Shown one piece after another: positions 1 through 13,110 of a stretch of 64,000 nt of DNA (the first letter of the stretch is position 1; each line of letters starts with the position of its first letter). The position numbers and the translations under genes are program-made. Source of the stretch: Podarcis cretensis. Lineage: Eukaryota. The stretch spans positions 25,296,001 through 25,360,000 of the forward strand of contig OX638159.1 of the NCBI GenBank assembly GCA_951804945.1. The letters run 5' to 3'. Under the pieces are notes generated by a model that was not told the origin of the DNA, ran no database searches, and was given only the letters and a program-made list of their open reading frames with translations.

Positions 1-635
1 AGGTGAATGTTCACTTTTTTATTAAATGAAAGGCAAAATACCCCGGCACCATAAATTAGAAGGGATGTGGGGATGTGTTTGTATTTTATGAAGCTCAAGC
101 TAATCGAATTCAGCTCCAGGGAGCCAAAAGCCAGCCATAAAAGGGAATAAAGTTGGGAAATCTCATTCTCTCTTCATATTGACTTGGCCAGCGCTTCTGT
201 GGGAATTAAAGGCCTTAAATTACAAAAAGCAGCTACTCCCCCAGATAATTTTTGTTTTAAATTCTTGTGAAGTGAGATGCACTGTTCTCGTGTCTTCGGT
301 GTCAGGGACATAACTAATAGTTCTTTGTTCACTCGGGTTTTCTCTTTCAGGCATGAAGCAAAAGGCAGTTTGGGGGGGGGGGAATCTGCCATGATTCTGT
401 AAACTGCCACACTTATGCTGCAACTATATTAAAGGAGGTATTGGTTTATCTAACATGGTTCAGTGCACAGCCTCAGAACAGGGCGGGGTTTACCATTTCC
501 AAGTGATGGGGAAACCTGGGCCTGGGGGCCAAATGTATCTCTCCAAGCCACATTCCTACTTCCCAGGCCACACCCCTAAGTACCTATACTTTGGACCCTC
601 CCTGAGAGTTTGTGGAAGGCTGAAATGTGTCCTTG

Positions 636-961
636 CTCTGATAAAGAGTGTCTCCACCCCCATCGTTCAGGCCGGACACTGAGGTCCAGCGCCAAGGGTC
701 TTCTGGCAGTTCCCTCACTGCGAGAAATGAGGTTACAGGGAATCAGGCAGAGGGCCTTCTTGGTAGTGGCGCCCGCCTTGTGGAACACCCTCTCATCAGA
801 TGTCAAGGAAATAAACAACTATCTGACTTTTAGAAGACTTTGGAAGGAAGCCCTGTTTAGGGAAGTTTTTAATGTTTGATGCTTTATTGTATTTTAAATA
901 TTCTGTTGGGAGCTGCCCAGAGTGGCTGGGGAAACCCAGCCAGATGGACAGGGTATAAATA

Positions 962-1000
<39 letters not shown>
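636..1000 (+). mobile_element. L2-clade LINE 3' fragment with (ATT)n tail
   Basis: Decayed ORF2 C-terminus (RAFLVVAPALWNTL), then the conserved tail GCCCAGAGTGGCTGGGGAAACCCAGCCAGATGG..GGTATAAAT and (ATT)n at 962-1000. The same sequence recurs at 12504, 32543 and 57987. Confidence 0.85.
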
Positions 1001-1001
<1 letters not shown>

Positions 1002-2284
1002 GGCCTGGATGGTACAGAGGGTACAGAGAGGTGTGTGAATGTGTGTAGGAATGAGCCTACTGTACAAAAATACAGTGAAATACTCACAAGTTAAGGAAGC
1101 CTCTCTGTTAATGGACTGATTAACATCACTATATATTTAGTCCATTTACAGGATAAAAGAGTGCTGTGGGACTCTACACTACTAAATCCACTAGAAATTA
1201 GAAACACTGCACAAAATACTTATATCAATTTATTTGACATTTCCGTTGTGCAACGTGGTGACAAAATAATAAAATAAATTAAATTACCTTATGGGTACTT
1301 GGAAGGTGTATCGAGATAGCTTATCTTCGAGTCACATAGCTACCTACTAATAATTAGTAATGCATAAAATAGGGATTAGGGATATCCTGCAGCTGAATAT
1401 AGAATCCCTTTTTGATTTAAGATTCAAATCAGCTTGTACTTATTACTGTGTAGGCTGTAAGCTTTACATCTCTGGAATAGTTATTATTAGATGTGCAGCC
1501 TATTTTGAAAGGGAATGGTGTGCTTAATATGTGTCTTTCTGAATGCTGAGGTACTTAGCCTGCCTGGTTTTCTTGTGCAATTGTTTCACTTCACTGCAGT
1601 CCTTCTTGCAGTTATTCTTGCTTTCCTTGTTCTTGTATATTTTACTGGCAGCCTCATATCTGGCATTGCTTAGGAATTCCAAGGAACAACAACCACAACA
1701 AAATCAGTGCTGAAGTTGTGGGTTAAAATCAGTGCAGTTTTAAAAGCTTCGGGCCACCATTCTGCTTCAAAACGATGTCCAGTTGTTTCTGAACATAGAT
1801 GAAACCCTGCTCTTTCATCTCAGGAACCACCTTGCAAAATCTAGTTCAGATGTCTCAAGAAATGTCCAAATGCAACACAAACAAATAAGGTTCCAAAATG
1901 TAGAGTAGATTAACATTTTCATCAGATGTGCAGCAACTGTTGCATGAATTAGAAAAAAAGAGAAACACACAAGGAGTTTCTGCAGGCTGCTGGTAGCTTG
2001 CCCACTATGTCAGTCTTCCACTGGTCCACACTGGCTAGAGATTCTTGAGGAATTTGATTGTTGCAAATTCATATACAAAATGACCAGGTCTACACCTGAG
2101 CATCCTCACTCTGGTGGATTAAAACTTCTATTTCCACTAGATTTTGGGCTAGCATATTGCAATGCCTTTCTGGAACTTTAAATGTCACTTAAATATCACT
2201 TAGTACACATTTAAATACAATGCTGAGATAATTATCTTTTGGTGAACCACACATTAATGCTATGTTGAGATTTTTTGTGAACTA

Positions 2285-2940
2285 CACATTAGATTACTGC
2301 AATGTGTTATACATAGGGCTGCCTCTGAAGACAGATTGGAAACTTCAGCTCGTGCCGAATTCGGCGGCCAGGTTGCTCACCAGAGCAAGACGGTTTGAGC
2401 ATATTACACTGATCCTGGTCCAACTGCACTGGCTACCAATTAGTTTCCGGGCCCAATTAAAAGTGCTGGTTTTGACCTATAAAGCCTTAAACGGCTCAGG
2501 ACCACAATACCCCAAGGACCGCTTCTTTCCATATGAACCTACCCTGTCCCTGAGATCATCTTCTGAGGTCCTCCTTCGTGTGCCTCCTCCTTGAGATGTC
2601 CAGAGGGTGGCAACATGAGAACGGGCTGCCTCTGCAGTGGCTCTCCATCTGTGGAATGCTCTCCCCAGGGAACTTCACCTGGCACCTTCATTATATACCT
2701 TTAGGCACTAGGCAAAAACGTTCCTTTTTAACCAGGCCTTTGGTTGATCTTATTGACATCCAACACCCTTTTAGAATGTGGTATTTTTTAGGAGGGTGGG
2801 GTTATTGGCTTACTGCTTTTGGTTAGATTTTATATGTTGTGGTCTTGTTGTGAACTGCTCTGAGACCTCCGGGTATAGGGCGGTGTATAAATTGAAATAC
2901 TACTACTACTACTACTACTAATAATAATAATAATAATAAT
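2285..2940 (+). mobile_element. L2-clade LINE 3' fragment (second subfamily)
   Basis: Translation LDYCNVLYIGLP..KLQLV..AARLLT..HIT..L.QLHWLPI..R...KVLVLTYKAL is typical of the L2 ORF2 C-terminus. Ends in a (TAC)n(TAA)n tail. Confidence 0.85.
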
Positions 2941-5124
2941 GCTGTTGCACATGTTTAAGTGTGTGTATGTATATATAAATACAGTTCATATTTTGTGAAG
3001 AGATTTTTTTCTTTAAATCAAAGACTAATGCAGTAATGGCATATAGCAGAATTATGGATTGAAACATACAAAAGTGGCATGGGCAAGAAATGGACAAAAC
3101 CATCCATCCCTGGTTCAGACAGTATATAATTTAAAGCTAATTTCCAACTTTCCCCCACAAAATCTTCTCACATACCCTTTAGGGTTCCAGAGCATGCCTC
3201 CAGGCACCTGGAAAAGTTCTTTGAAGACATGACCTGAGCTGCAAGCAGGCTTGGGGTGTGATTATATAGGTAAATGGTAAAAAGGTAAATGACCTTGCTG
3301 TGGACAAAGGCTAGATTAAGAAACACGAAGAACACCTGCTGGTGATCTTTGATTGCTTCATCTTTCCTAGGCCATATACATACATTCATTCTCTCTTTCT
3401 CTAGCACATAAGTGAAGAGAGACCTGAAAACCAGTACCTTTTCCTTTCACTTGAATCAGTACTTCATCTAGACATTGATTCTCATCTACTGGTGACTATG
3501 TTAACACTTCCTACAGCTCGGAAAATGAATACTTGACTAGGTGATAAAGTAAATGTCAGGATGATTGAGAAATTAGGTGCCATGTTGCAACCCTAGGAGC
3601 AGAGTTTGTCCTAACCTATTGCTATAGATCAAAATTGCTGAGGTGGACCTACCAGAAGAACTCAATACCCGCTCCTTTCCCTGATGAGCATATCTGTGGT
3701 TAGTTCACTGAAGGTTAGTTCACTCGCTACCCCACTCAAGACCATGATTTTACAACCTCAAGCTGGTCCAGAGAGTTGCTGTGTGTGCAGCTCTGAGCAT
3801 GTCTGCATGGAAAGAGCAGGAACTATCCTTGAGTATCTTAACAGAAGTCTTGGCCTACTTGAAATGTCAACATCATTTCCAGGTCTTTTCAATAATTGGG
3901 GACTTTTCAGACTCTTGGCTTTGATTTTTCATGAAGGTCAATGTTAATGATTCAATTTGCTGTAGTTATACTCCTGCTACAAAATGTGTATTTTAGTGGG
4001 GAAGAAAACGTCAACGCGACTGTGTCAGTAGCTAAAAAAAAACTATCACTACTTCTCCCTGCAATATTCATCATTAAAATCATTCCCCTTTATACCCTTG
4101 TGCTAGCCCCCTTTTGGATTTGAAGAATGGAAAAGAATATAGCTGGTAAAAGATGGTGGGTGAGAGGAGATAAAAACGCATGTTCTCTCATCAGGTTCTC
4201 CTGCAAAAATGTCAACATGAAGGCTCATAGTAGAATCAGACCATTGCTTCTGCCACCCAAGAAGATAGTAAGATATTAACATTATAATTCTGGATTGCAT
4301 TAAATCAAAATAAATGATCACCCTTGAAATAATCATTACAACCATTAGAAGAACATTTGAAAAATATATTACAATGAGAAGTATTAAATATTAACAGGTT
4401 TTCAGACCAGAAGGTACTCACTCAAGGGGTCTGAATTGTCTGCCAGACAATGAGAATTGGAACTAATTAAGCAGAAAATTAGTTCAAAGGTACTGAGGTA
4501 GACAGCTATAATTGGGTGACGGGTGATGAGTAGTGATACCCCTTTAAATAGGCCACTAAATGTTCTCAGTGGGTGAATACAGAGGAGCACCAACACCTGT
4601 GTGTGTATGTGACTATATTCTAACTGTGTACAATGTATATTATCTTTTCCCCTCCTTAATCCAAACTGTGCAACAAGAAAATCCAAACCTGTGTGACCTG
4701 ATGCAGTTCTGCTCTTCTTACTTCAACAAATGCCTCATCCAGATTTTCTTTTGTGCTGCACATTCCAGGTGCAGGTCTTTATGTTAAAGCTCCATGTCTG
4801 AGAGTCCCCCCCCCCATTTTCCCCAGGAAAATGACTACTGAACAGGAGCAAATAACAATCTGTGGAAAACCAGTGTTAAAACATGGGTTTTCCCAGGGAA
4901 AGCACCAGGACAAAAACCAGCAAACGAAGCCACATTCAGACACAGAGCTTTAAAGGCCAGACCTGTGCCTAGAAATGCAGCAGAAAGAGAAGTCTAGATG
5001 AGCCCAAAGATAGTAATCAAAGACGCGCTTATAGAAGTGTAAAGCTTATGCTAATGAAAACACAGTCTCATTTTAAACAGCACAATCCTATCTCCTGCCA
5101 TGTTGATGGCGGCAGGATGATACA

Positions 5125-5468
5125 CAGACCTTCCAAGTGTACCTATTTTCCAGGGATAATCCCAGATTTACAGAAGCCATCCTGGTTTCAAATTTGATTC
5201 TGGAATGTGCCTCTTTTCCTTAGGACGTCTCTATTTTCATTGGAGCAATGTTGGAAATAAGGAACTATGCAACCTGTAAAAGCCATCTGGTGACAGCCCT
5301 GTATAGGGAAGTTTTTTTATGTTTAGTGTTTTATTATGTTTTTATAAATGTTGGAAGCCACCCAGAGTGGCTGGGGCAACCCAACCAGATGGGTGGGGTA
5401 TAAATAATAAAATGATGGTGATGCAATAGAACATCCCTATTTTCATTGGAGTAATGTTGGAGGGTATG
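5125..5468 (+). mobile_element. MITE carrying an internal captured L2 3' tail (copy 1)
   Basis: Inverted termini CAGACCTTCCAA / TTGGAGGGTATG with an internal L2 tail at ~5280-5410. Same architecture as 51798-52167. Confidence 0.7.
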
Positions 5469-5844
5469 GACACATAGGATTCCATCCACTGGCCTTTGTT
5501 GGCAGAGAAGATCACCATTGGTGGAGGGGTTTCCCTGCAGTGGTAGCCCCAACATTTGCCAAGGTAGAAGATCAGCTGCCACTGGTCATTCTCCTGTTGT
5601 AGGTAGTGTGCAGAAAGCTCTAAAGTAAGGCATTGTGCAGCATAGGTGGGATACCAGCAGCTTTAGATCACTGGATCCAAAGCCCCATGGTTCCACCAGA
5701 AGCCTGACCACAGACTCTGCAGCTATGTCAGTTCTGAGCTGGTGTAAGGGAAAATAATATTCAAAAACCTGCCTCCCACTTTCCACCTTGGCCAGCACAA
5801 GGCAGCAGGGTTTTGGTTGCAATGATAGTTGTTCTCATTTCATT

Positions 5845-6070
5845 TCATTTTACTTATTACCTTTACATGCCACCTTTTCCTCTAAGGAGGTCAAAGTGAT
5901 GTACCTGGTTCTCTTCTCTCTATTTTATCTTCATAACAACTATGGGAGGTAATTTAGGCTGCAAACTAGTGACTGGCCCAAGGTCACCTAGTGAGCATCA
6001 TGGCTGAATGGGGATTCGAACCCTGCTCTCCCAGGTCATAGTCCAGCACTTTAACCACTACACCACACTG
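5845..6070 (-). mobile_element. Old tRNA-derived SINE (Squam3/MIR-like)
   Basis: Minus strand reads CAGTGTGGTGTAGTGGTTAAAG (A box)...GGTTCGAATCC (B box)...GGTGACCTTGGGCCAGTCAC (core). Confidence 0.75.
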
Positions 6071-6703
6071 TCAGTGTTGCTGTTCTGTTTGGATCCTCCC
6101 AAGCACCAGGTTTGAATTGCTTTGCCTGCTTATCTCCCCTCCATTGTAATAATACAATTCCTCTTTAATCATAACAGAGTTGTTATGAAGTATCTCTCAC
6201 TGAGCTGAGGACTTGACTATATTCTAAAGCTAACTGTAGAATACAGCAACTGTAGTTGGAATGGTTTTCATCCTCCCCGCCCACAAAAAGGGACAAAATC
6301 CAGCAGGACATTCTGCAACACAAGCCCCATTGAAATACTTGCATGAAATGTGTCCAAATTCTACAAATTTAATTTCAGTAGAAAAATAACAGATTAGACA
6401 GCAATTGAATCAAATTCAGTTTACATTTTCTTGGCCAGCCACCTAAAGCTTTCATTTTCTTTTTTAAGAATCTGGAAAGTTAATAAAATCTCCTTAGATG
6501 GAAAAACTTCAAAACAAATGAAAGAAAGTATAAACTATTCCTCTGCATTTATTTATATTATATGGGACTTTCACCAATAACTTGTAAAAGAAAACCACTG
6601 TTAAGATATGACATTGTGGGCATGCAGGGTCTGCTCGTAAGTACAAGACTAACTTAGGTTTTCAGTGTCTTCACTTTCAGGAGTGTTGATAGCCACAAAG
6701 AAA

Positions 6704-7068
6704 AAGGTAAAGGTACCCCTGCCCATACGGGCCAGTCTTGACAGACTCTGGGGTTGTGCGCCCATCTCACTTAAGAGGCCAGGGGCCAGCGCTGTCCGGA
6801 GACACTTCCGGGTCACGTGGCCAGCGTGACATCGCTGCTCTGGCCAGAGCCAGAGCCAGAGCCGCACACGGAAACGCCGTTTACCTTCCCGCTGGTAAGC
6901 GGTCCCTATTTATCTACTTGCACCCGGAGGTGCTTTCGAACTGCTAGGTTGGCAGGCGCTGGGACCGAGCAGCGGGAGCGCACCCCGCCGCAGGGATTCG
7001 AACCGCCGACCTTTCGATCGGCAAGCCCTAGGCGCTGAGGCTTTAACCCACAGCGCCACCTGCGTCCC
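6704..7068 (-). mobile_element. Sauria SINE, full length, young subfamily
   Basis: GGGACGCAGGTGGCGCTGTGG head, B box GGTTCGAATCC, (ACCTTT)n tail. 13-bp TSD AGCCACAAAGAAA at 6691-6703 and 7069-7081. Confidence 0.95.
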
Positions 7069-7164
7069 AGCCACAAAGAAAGGGGGGGACTAAAGGAGCA
7101 AACTGATTCACAAGAAGCTGGTGTAAAGCAAGCTGGTGTAAATTAAGCAACCTGTTAGATGAAA

Positions 7165-7238
7165 AATCCCTGCATTTCAGGGAGTTGGACTAGATGATCC
7201 TTGTGATCCCTTCCTATGCTACAATTATATGATTCTAT
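7165..7238 (+). mobile_element. CR1-type 3' tail (CR1 or tRNA/CR1 SINE remnant)
   Basis: CCTGCATTTCAGGGAGTTGGACTAGATGATCCTTGTGATCCCTTCC...TATGATTCTAT. Confidence 0.65.
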
Positions 7239-7489
7239 TAAACAGGGTTGCCAGGTCACATGACTGATCTGAACGAAGTGAAGAATATTGACATCAATCC
7301 CTTGTCATAGTTAGATAGCTTCCTATTGAGATTTAGGCTTTCAGCACCCTTCCCCCTCTGAAGAGGCAGCATGGTGCACTACTAGCATGGTGCACTGTTG
7401 GGGATGATGGATCCAGTGGGCTTCCAGATGGCTCTGGGAGATTGGCACTCCTGATATGATTGGCACTCCCGTCAAAGCCTTGGCAGACC

Positions 7490-9352
7490 TATGGACATCT
7501 AAATGGTTCAGGCAATTGACATGATCACCCCTGAGTGCCACCTCCTGCTTCACTGAGCCCACTTGGCTTCTTGGTATTCACCAGAGCTTAGGGCAATGAG
7601 AAAAGCTGGAAGATGGCTTGAAGGCAAGTGGAGGAAAAATACAGGCAAATGCAATCAAACACTGGTGAGGGCTCATCATCAAGGCTACTTTGTGGTAGTG
7701 AAGGCAGAAAAGTGAGAGACACTTTGTTTCCTACGTTGCATCCTCACTATGCTGTCCAGCAGAGCTTTTCTGGGTAATACAGTCTGGCCCAAAGTGGGTA
7801 ACAGAACCAATGGTAGCTCACTTTGACTTGTTTGCAAAGCATTTTGGGGATAAAATCACTTGCATCTGTTGGGACCTTCGCTGTTACAGCTGATGGATCT
7901 CAAGAGGGGTCCATAGCACTGTGCAGTCCTATTATGTTGGATGAGCTTCAATGAGTAAGGTTTGAGAATAATGACAAAGTACATGGATGAGTCAAAGTGA
8001 CCACTGACACTGGACACCTTCTTCTCATGGCTGAAAAACTAGCAGGGAGGGGACATCTGGCTGTGCTAGGGAAGTGATTATTGTCTTCTTGTGAGAAATG
8101 GTGGTCCCTGCTTGCTTGAAGGAGGCAGTGGTAAGACAACCCCTCAAGAAACCCTCCCTGGATTTGGAAAATCTAAGTAATTACTAGCCAGCTGCCAATC
8201 TCCATTTCTTGGGCAAGGTTCTTGAGTGGGCAGTCATGGACCAGATCCAAGAACTCTTGGAGGAAACTGATTTTCTAGATTCATTTCAATTGGGGTTCAG
8301 GCCCACTTTTGGCACAGAAATTGCTTTGGTCACCCTGAATGATGACCTCTGACAGGAGAGAGACAGACAGGGGAAATTGTCTTTGTTAATTCTCCTCGAC
8401 CTCTCGTTGGCTTTCAGTACCATCAACCATGATATCTTCTGGAGTGGCTATCTTAATTGGGAGTGGGTGGCACTCCTTTGTGGTGCTCCTGGTCTTACAT
8501 GGATGGTCGTTTCAAGAGGGTGATGCTTGGGGAGTGCTGTTCGGCTTCATGAAGACTTCAACATGGGGTTCCTCAGGGTTTGATTTTGTCCCCTGTGCTA
8601 TTTAACATCTATATGAAACCACTGAGTGGGGTTATCTGGAGGTTTGGAGTACATCAGCAATAAGCTGATGACACACAGCTCTGCTTCTCCTCTACATCTG
8701 CAGGTGTGGCAGTGGAAGTGCTGAACCGCTGTCTTGCCTCGGTAATGGGCTGTATGAGAGCCAACAAACTGAAGCTCAATCCAGTTCCCTGGTCTGGATG
8801 GATGAGAGGTTGCTTGCTCTTGATGGGGTGACCGTTAGAATTCCTGTTCCGTGATTGCAGTCATGGGATTTTTGTCTATCACATGATGGTGTATATTTTG
8901 ACTCCACAGAGTGGGAAGTGACAGAGACAGGATGTTTGTGTTAACTGTGTTCTGTGAAGTGGGACTATTGTCCTTTGTCCTTTTTCTCTTTGCTGTCTGA
9001 TGCTAGAGAGAGAGGGAGCCATGTTGCAGTGCTCCGTGTGTGCTTATATGTAAATAAAGTAGATTAGCCAAAATACTGAGTTGCTAAGGTCTGTTACGCA
9101 AGCTGTGAAGACTCTGCGGATCCCTAAGTGTGCCGATATCTGTTGGCATCAGTCGCCGTGATGTTCGGGCTGAAGAAAGCTCCCGAAGCTCCCGAAGGAT
9201 CAACCAGGAGAGAAAGAACATGCCAGTCGGGCATGTGTCTCTGCCAGGGTCCTACTCGAGTGTAGGACGAGCTCTTGACAGACACACCTTCTGAAGGAGC
9301 AGGTGCACAGCTTGGAGCAACTTCTTGATCCATTGCTGTCTCTTGAGGCTGA
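7490..9352 (+). pseudogene. Decayed L2 ORF2 reverse-transcriptase region, interrupted by a solo LTR at 8833-9280
   Basis: RT motifs with stops and frameshifts: NLHFLGKVLE, FQ.GFRP.FGTE.AL, LILLDLS.AF.TI.H, GVPQG.ILSP.LFNIYM, Q*ADDTQL. The L2 resumes after 9281. Confidence 0.85.
8833..9280 (+). mobile_element. Solo LTR inserted in the L2
   Basis: 448-bp interruption of the L2. Starts CGTTAGAA (TG altered to CG), ends TCTTGACA, AATAAA at ~9054. Only GAC is duplicated at the flanks. Confidence 0.65.
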
Positions 9353-12300
9353 AATTTCTTTGGGTTCCCTGGGCAAGATAAAATGACTGACAATTTTAAT
9401 AAATAAATAAAAAGGTAGGAAATTTAAAACTCCTGAAAATCATCTTCTAGTGCCCCCCCCCATGTTCACAGATGATGCTCACAATTACAAATTAAGCCAA
9501 GGGAGATTCAACCATCACTAAAATGGTTTCATTTTGATGTGTTCCTCAGTTTTCTTTGTTGTTTAATAACTAATGAAATTGCCCAACATCACTGCTTATT
9601 ACATATTGCATTTCATTCCTGTTGATATCTGAATGAATTTGAAAATGTAATTTTACTCATTAAGCAACTAGCTAAGAGAGCAGATGATTAAAAAATAATA
9701 ATAATTTTGCTAGGCTAGGTAATTGAGGAGCATGAGTTAGACAATAAAAGCCCAGCATATGCCAGAGTTGTGGATCATTCTATAGATGAATCAGGCTATT
9801 GAAACTAACGACTTTGGAATGGTTATCATTTTGATTGTGTGGTAAGGAATGTTTGTCTGCATCTAAAAGGAAGCAGAAGTCATTACAAATAATTTGAACT
9901 GTTATTTCATCTGTCCATCCTGACTCTACCCTCACCTTATAACCAAGGCTATATAAATCAAGGTTCAGATTTTCATTGAATTTGATAGCCTTCAGAAAAC
10001 ACCCCTCATTCTAGAGCTGAGACTGAGCTGTGACGTTTTATAGAAAGATTTAAAGCAGCAGTGATCTGGGCCAGAACCAAAAGCAAATAGGGTCACCCTT
10101 TTCTTGTTCTTTCTTTCTACCCCTCTCTCAGTCACTCTCTCCCCCTAGAAGGCGGCACAGAGGAGGGACAGATCCCTGTTGCTATGCATATGAGCCTTAT
10201 AGAGGGCTTTCCTTAGTCTACTTGCATTATTATAATTAATCCATTTAATATAATTTTCCATCTCACTGTGTTATTTTATCTTTATTCTGCCCCCTTATCT
10301 TATTTATTTTTACTAAATCTCTTTATTTCTGATTACTTTATATTAATATAAATACAGGTTTCCAATCTCTGCTTTAATCTCTGCACCCCTAGAAAAAAAA
10401 TCAATGAACAAAATTGAAATTATTTATTCTCACTTCTGAAATTTAATTATCTGTTGCACATAGGAAACTGATTAGTACCATAGTATCTATACCATAAATT
10501 AGCTGCAACCAACTTTGTCCTGGTCTTTGTATCTTTTTTAAGGATTTAAGGATGTAACCCTATACAAACCCACCTAGGAGCAATTTCCATTACACTCAGT
10601 AGGGCTTCTGAGTAAATTTGCATGGGGTTATCACATAGGTGTCTTATTTGTCTAGGGAGAAGAAACAAATGGTTATTTCAGACATCTCAAAGCATCTTCT
10701 CTGTCATCATAAAATAGTTTTTAGAATAACAACAAAAAATGGTTTCCTATTTGTTACTTGATACTTTACATAGTTTAAAGAGTAAATAAAGCACATCACA
10801 TTACATTTAAGACCCAAGCCATACACCTCCTCTGCACCTCCCATAATTGCAATGGGCCATGAGCAGGAGAACTTCCAGGTGAACTGTGTGTTTTAAAAAT
10901 AATATATATAATAGCATTAAATTGCATTGATATTATTTTAACAGAATAAAGTAGAAGATGATAAATAACACAAAATAGTGAAATACGAAATCATTCTTGT
11001 GTCTATGGAAAATTCCAAAAGTGGCTGCAAGATCTAAGTGTTTTACATACATTTGAACTATTATGACAGGAATGTTGTTATCCATCACCTGCTATTCTTC
11101 TACTTAAAATGTCTGGTCAGAAAACTGAAGTTGTACCAAGCTCTTTCTTTTATTTCTTTTTTGCTGAAAATGTAATCCTTGTGCCAAGTGCCGTGAATCA
11201 GTAATGGGACAAATAGTCATGTCAGCAATTTCTATCATTACTTCTTTATCCAGGCCGTGATTTACAGAGCACCTGCCTGGCAGCAATATAAAGCACAAGG
11301 TTATTGGCTGCCCAACTCTAGTTAACTAGAGTTAACTTCATTGACTTCATGGAACAGTGTAGAACTTAATTCAAGTTGTCTGGCATGTTGGTATGTTAGG
11401 TAAGAAGTAAGATTTCAAATAGGTCACCTAAGCAATTTGACAACCCACAACTAGAATAAACAATCCCCTTTATAGTCACTAAGATGATGCCCTTCCTACT
11501 TTCAAACATAGTGAACATTACAGTATTGATATGTCTAAAGAAGGAAACAAAACCTTGGGATGTATTTGTACAGCCCATGAGAGGAAGATAGCACTTTCAT
11601 TGTTCATTCACAATAAAAAGGATCTACTTTTTATCTAAAGGGGGAAACTTTACCATTCTTGTGAAAAAATTAGACCATCAAAATTTCCAGCTAGAATCAC
11701 AGCAGATACTCCTATGGGAATGGCTTTCAGTGATATATACGCAGATTGCAAATAATGAAAGTCAATGTAATATTTACATTATTGAAAATCTTCTTTACCT
11801 TGACACACCCTGTTTCTTCTGCAAGCATCATTCAATCCCTTTGAACCTCCTTTTGAGAAACAGGGCTGGATTTCTCAACAGATATGGAAATCTAAGATAA
11901 AAGTGTTAGTGAATCACTGTCCAGGACATCACTGCAAAGTGATGTGTGAGCACAGAAGCTCACACGCCATGCAGAAAGCAACTGAAGTGAGGTGGTCCAG
12001 ATAGTGTAATATATGTGGAAGCAGATTCAACTCCAGATGCCTTTAGGAATGCCTAAGGTAGTTATTGGAATCCCAGTTGTAATATTTACATACTGGGGCA
12101 GCTGCACTGGTCATGTTGTTTGCCTACCCCACCCCCTTGGCAGCTCCCACCTTCTTTGCCAACTCACCACCCTTTAAACCTCACCCAAACTGCCCATCTC
12201 CTAACACCTCCTATAACCGCCACACCTTTGCCTATCTGCCATCTCCACCCAATTGTCCTTTCCCCCTGCTCCACAGTTTGCACCAAACTACTCATCCCTT

Positions 12301-12503
12301 CACAACTTGCTCCAGTCACAAGATCCCACTGCCACTCATGGAGGAGAGGGGAATGAAGAGGAGAAGACATATCTCCCCTTTCCTTCCCACCAATGACAGA
12401 AATGGGTGAAGGCGGAGTGTGTTTTTTCCTCCTCAGCCCCTTCTCTTCTGCAATTGGCAGTGACAGCGGGATCATAAAATTAGGGCAAGTTGTGAGGTGG
12501 CAG

Positions 12504-13110
12504 TAATAATAATAATAATTTATTATTTGTACCCCACCCATCTGGCTGGGTTTCCCTGCCACTCTGGGTGGCTCCCAATAGAATATTAAAAACATGATAA
12601 GACATCAAACATTAAAAAAACTTGCCTAAACAGGGCTGCCTTCAGATGTCTTCAAAAAGTCAGGTAGTTGTTTATTTCCTTGACATCTGATGAGAGGGCG
12701 TTCCACAGGGTGGGCACCACAACCGAGAAGGCCCTCTGCCTGGTTCCCTATTACCTCACTTCTTGCAGTGAGGGACCCACCAGAAGGCCCTTGGCACTGG
12801 ACCTCAGTGTTCAGGCAGAACAATGGGGGTGGAGACGCTCCTTCAGGTCTACTGGACTGAGGTCATTTAGGGCTTTAAAGGTCAGCAGCAACACTTTGAA
12901 ACATCCTGGGAGCCAATGAAGGTCTTTCAGGACTGGTGTTATGTAGTCTCGGCAGCTGCTCCCAGTCACCAGTCTAGCTGCCGCATTCTGGATTAGTTGT
13001 AGTTTCCAGGTCACCTTCAAAGGTAATCCCACGTAGAGCACATTGCAGTTGTCCAAGTGGGAGATAACTAGAGCATGCACCACTCTGGCAGGACAGTAGG
13101 GGAACTTGGG
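12504..13110 (-). mobile_element. L2 3' fragment
   Basis: Reverse-complement L2 tail. Translation VHALVISHLDNCNVLYVGLPLKVTWKLQLIQNAAARLVTG...LHWLP. Confidence 0.9.
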
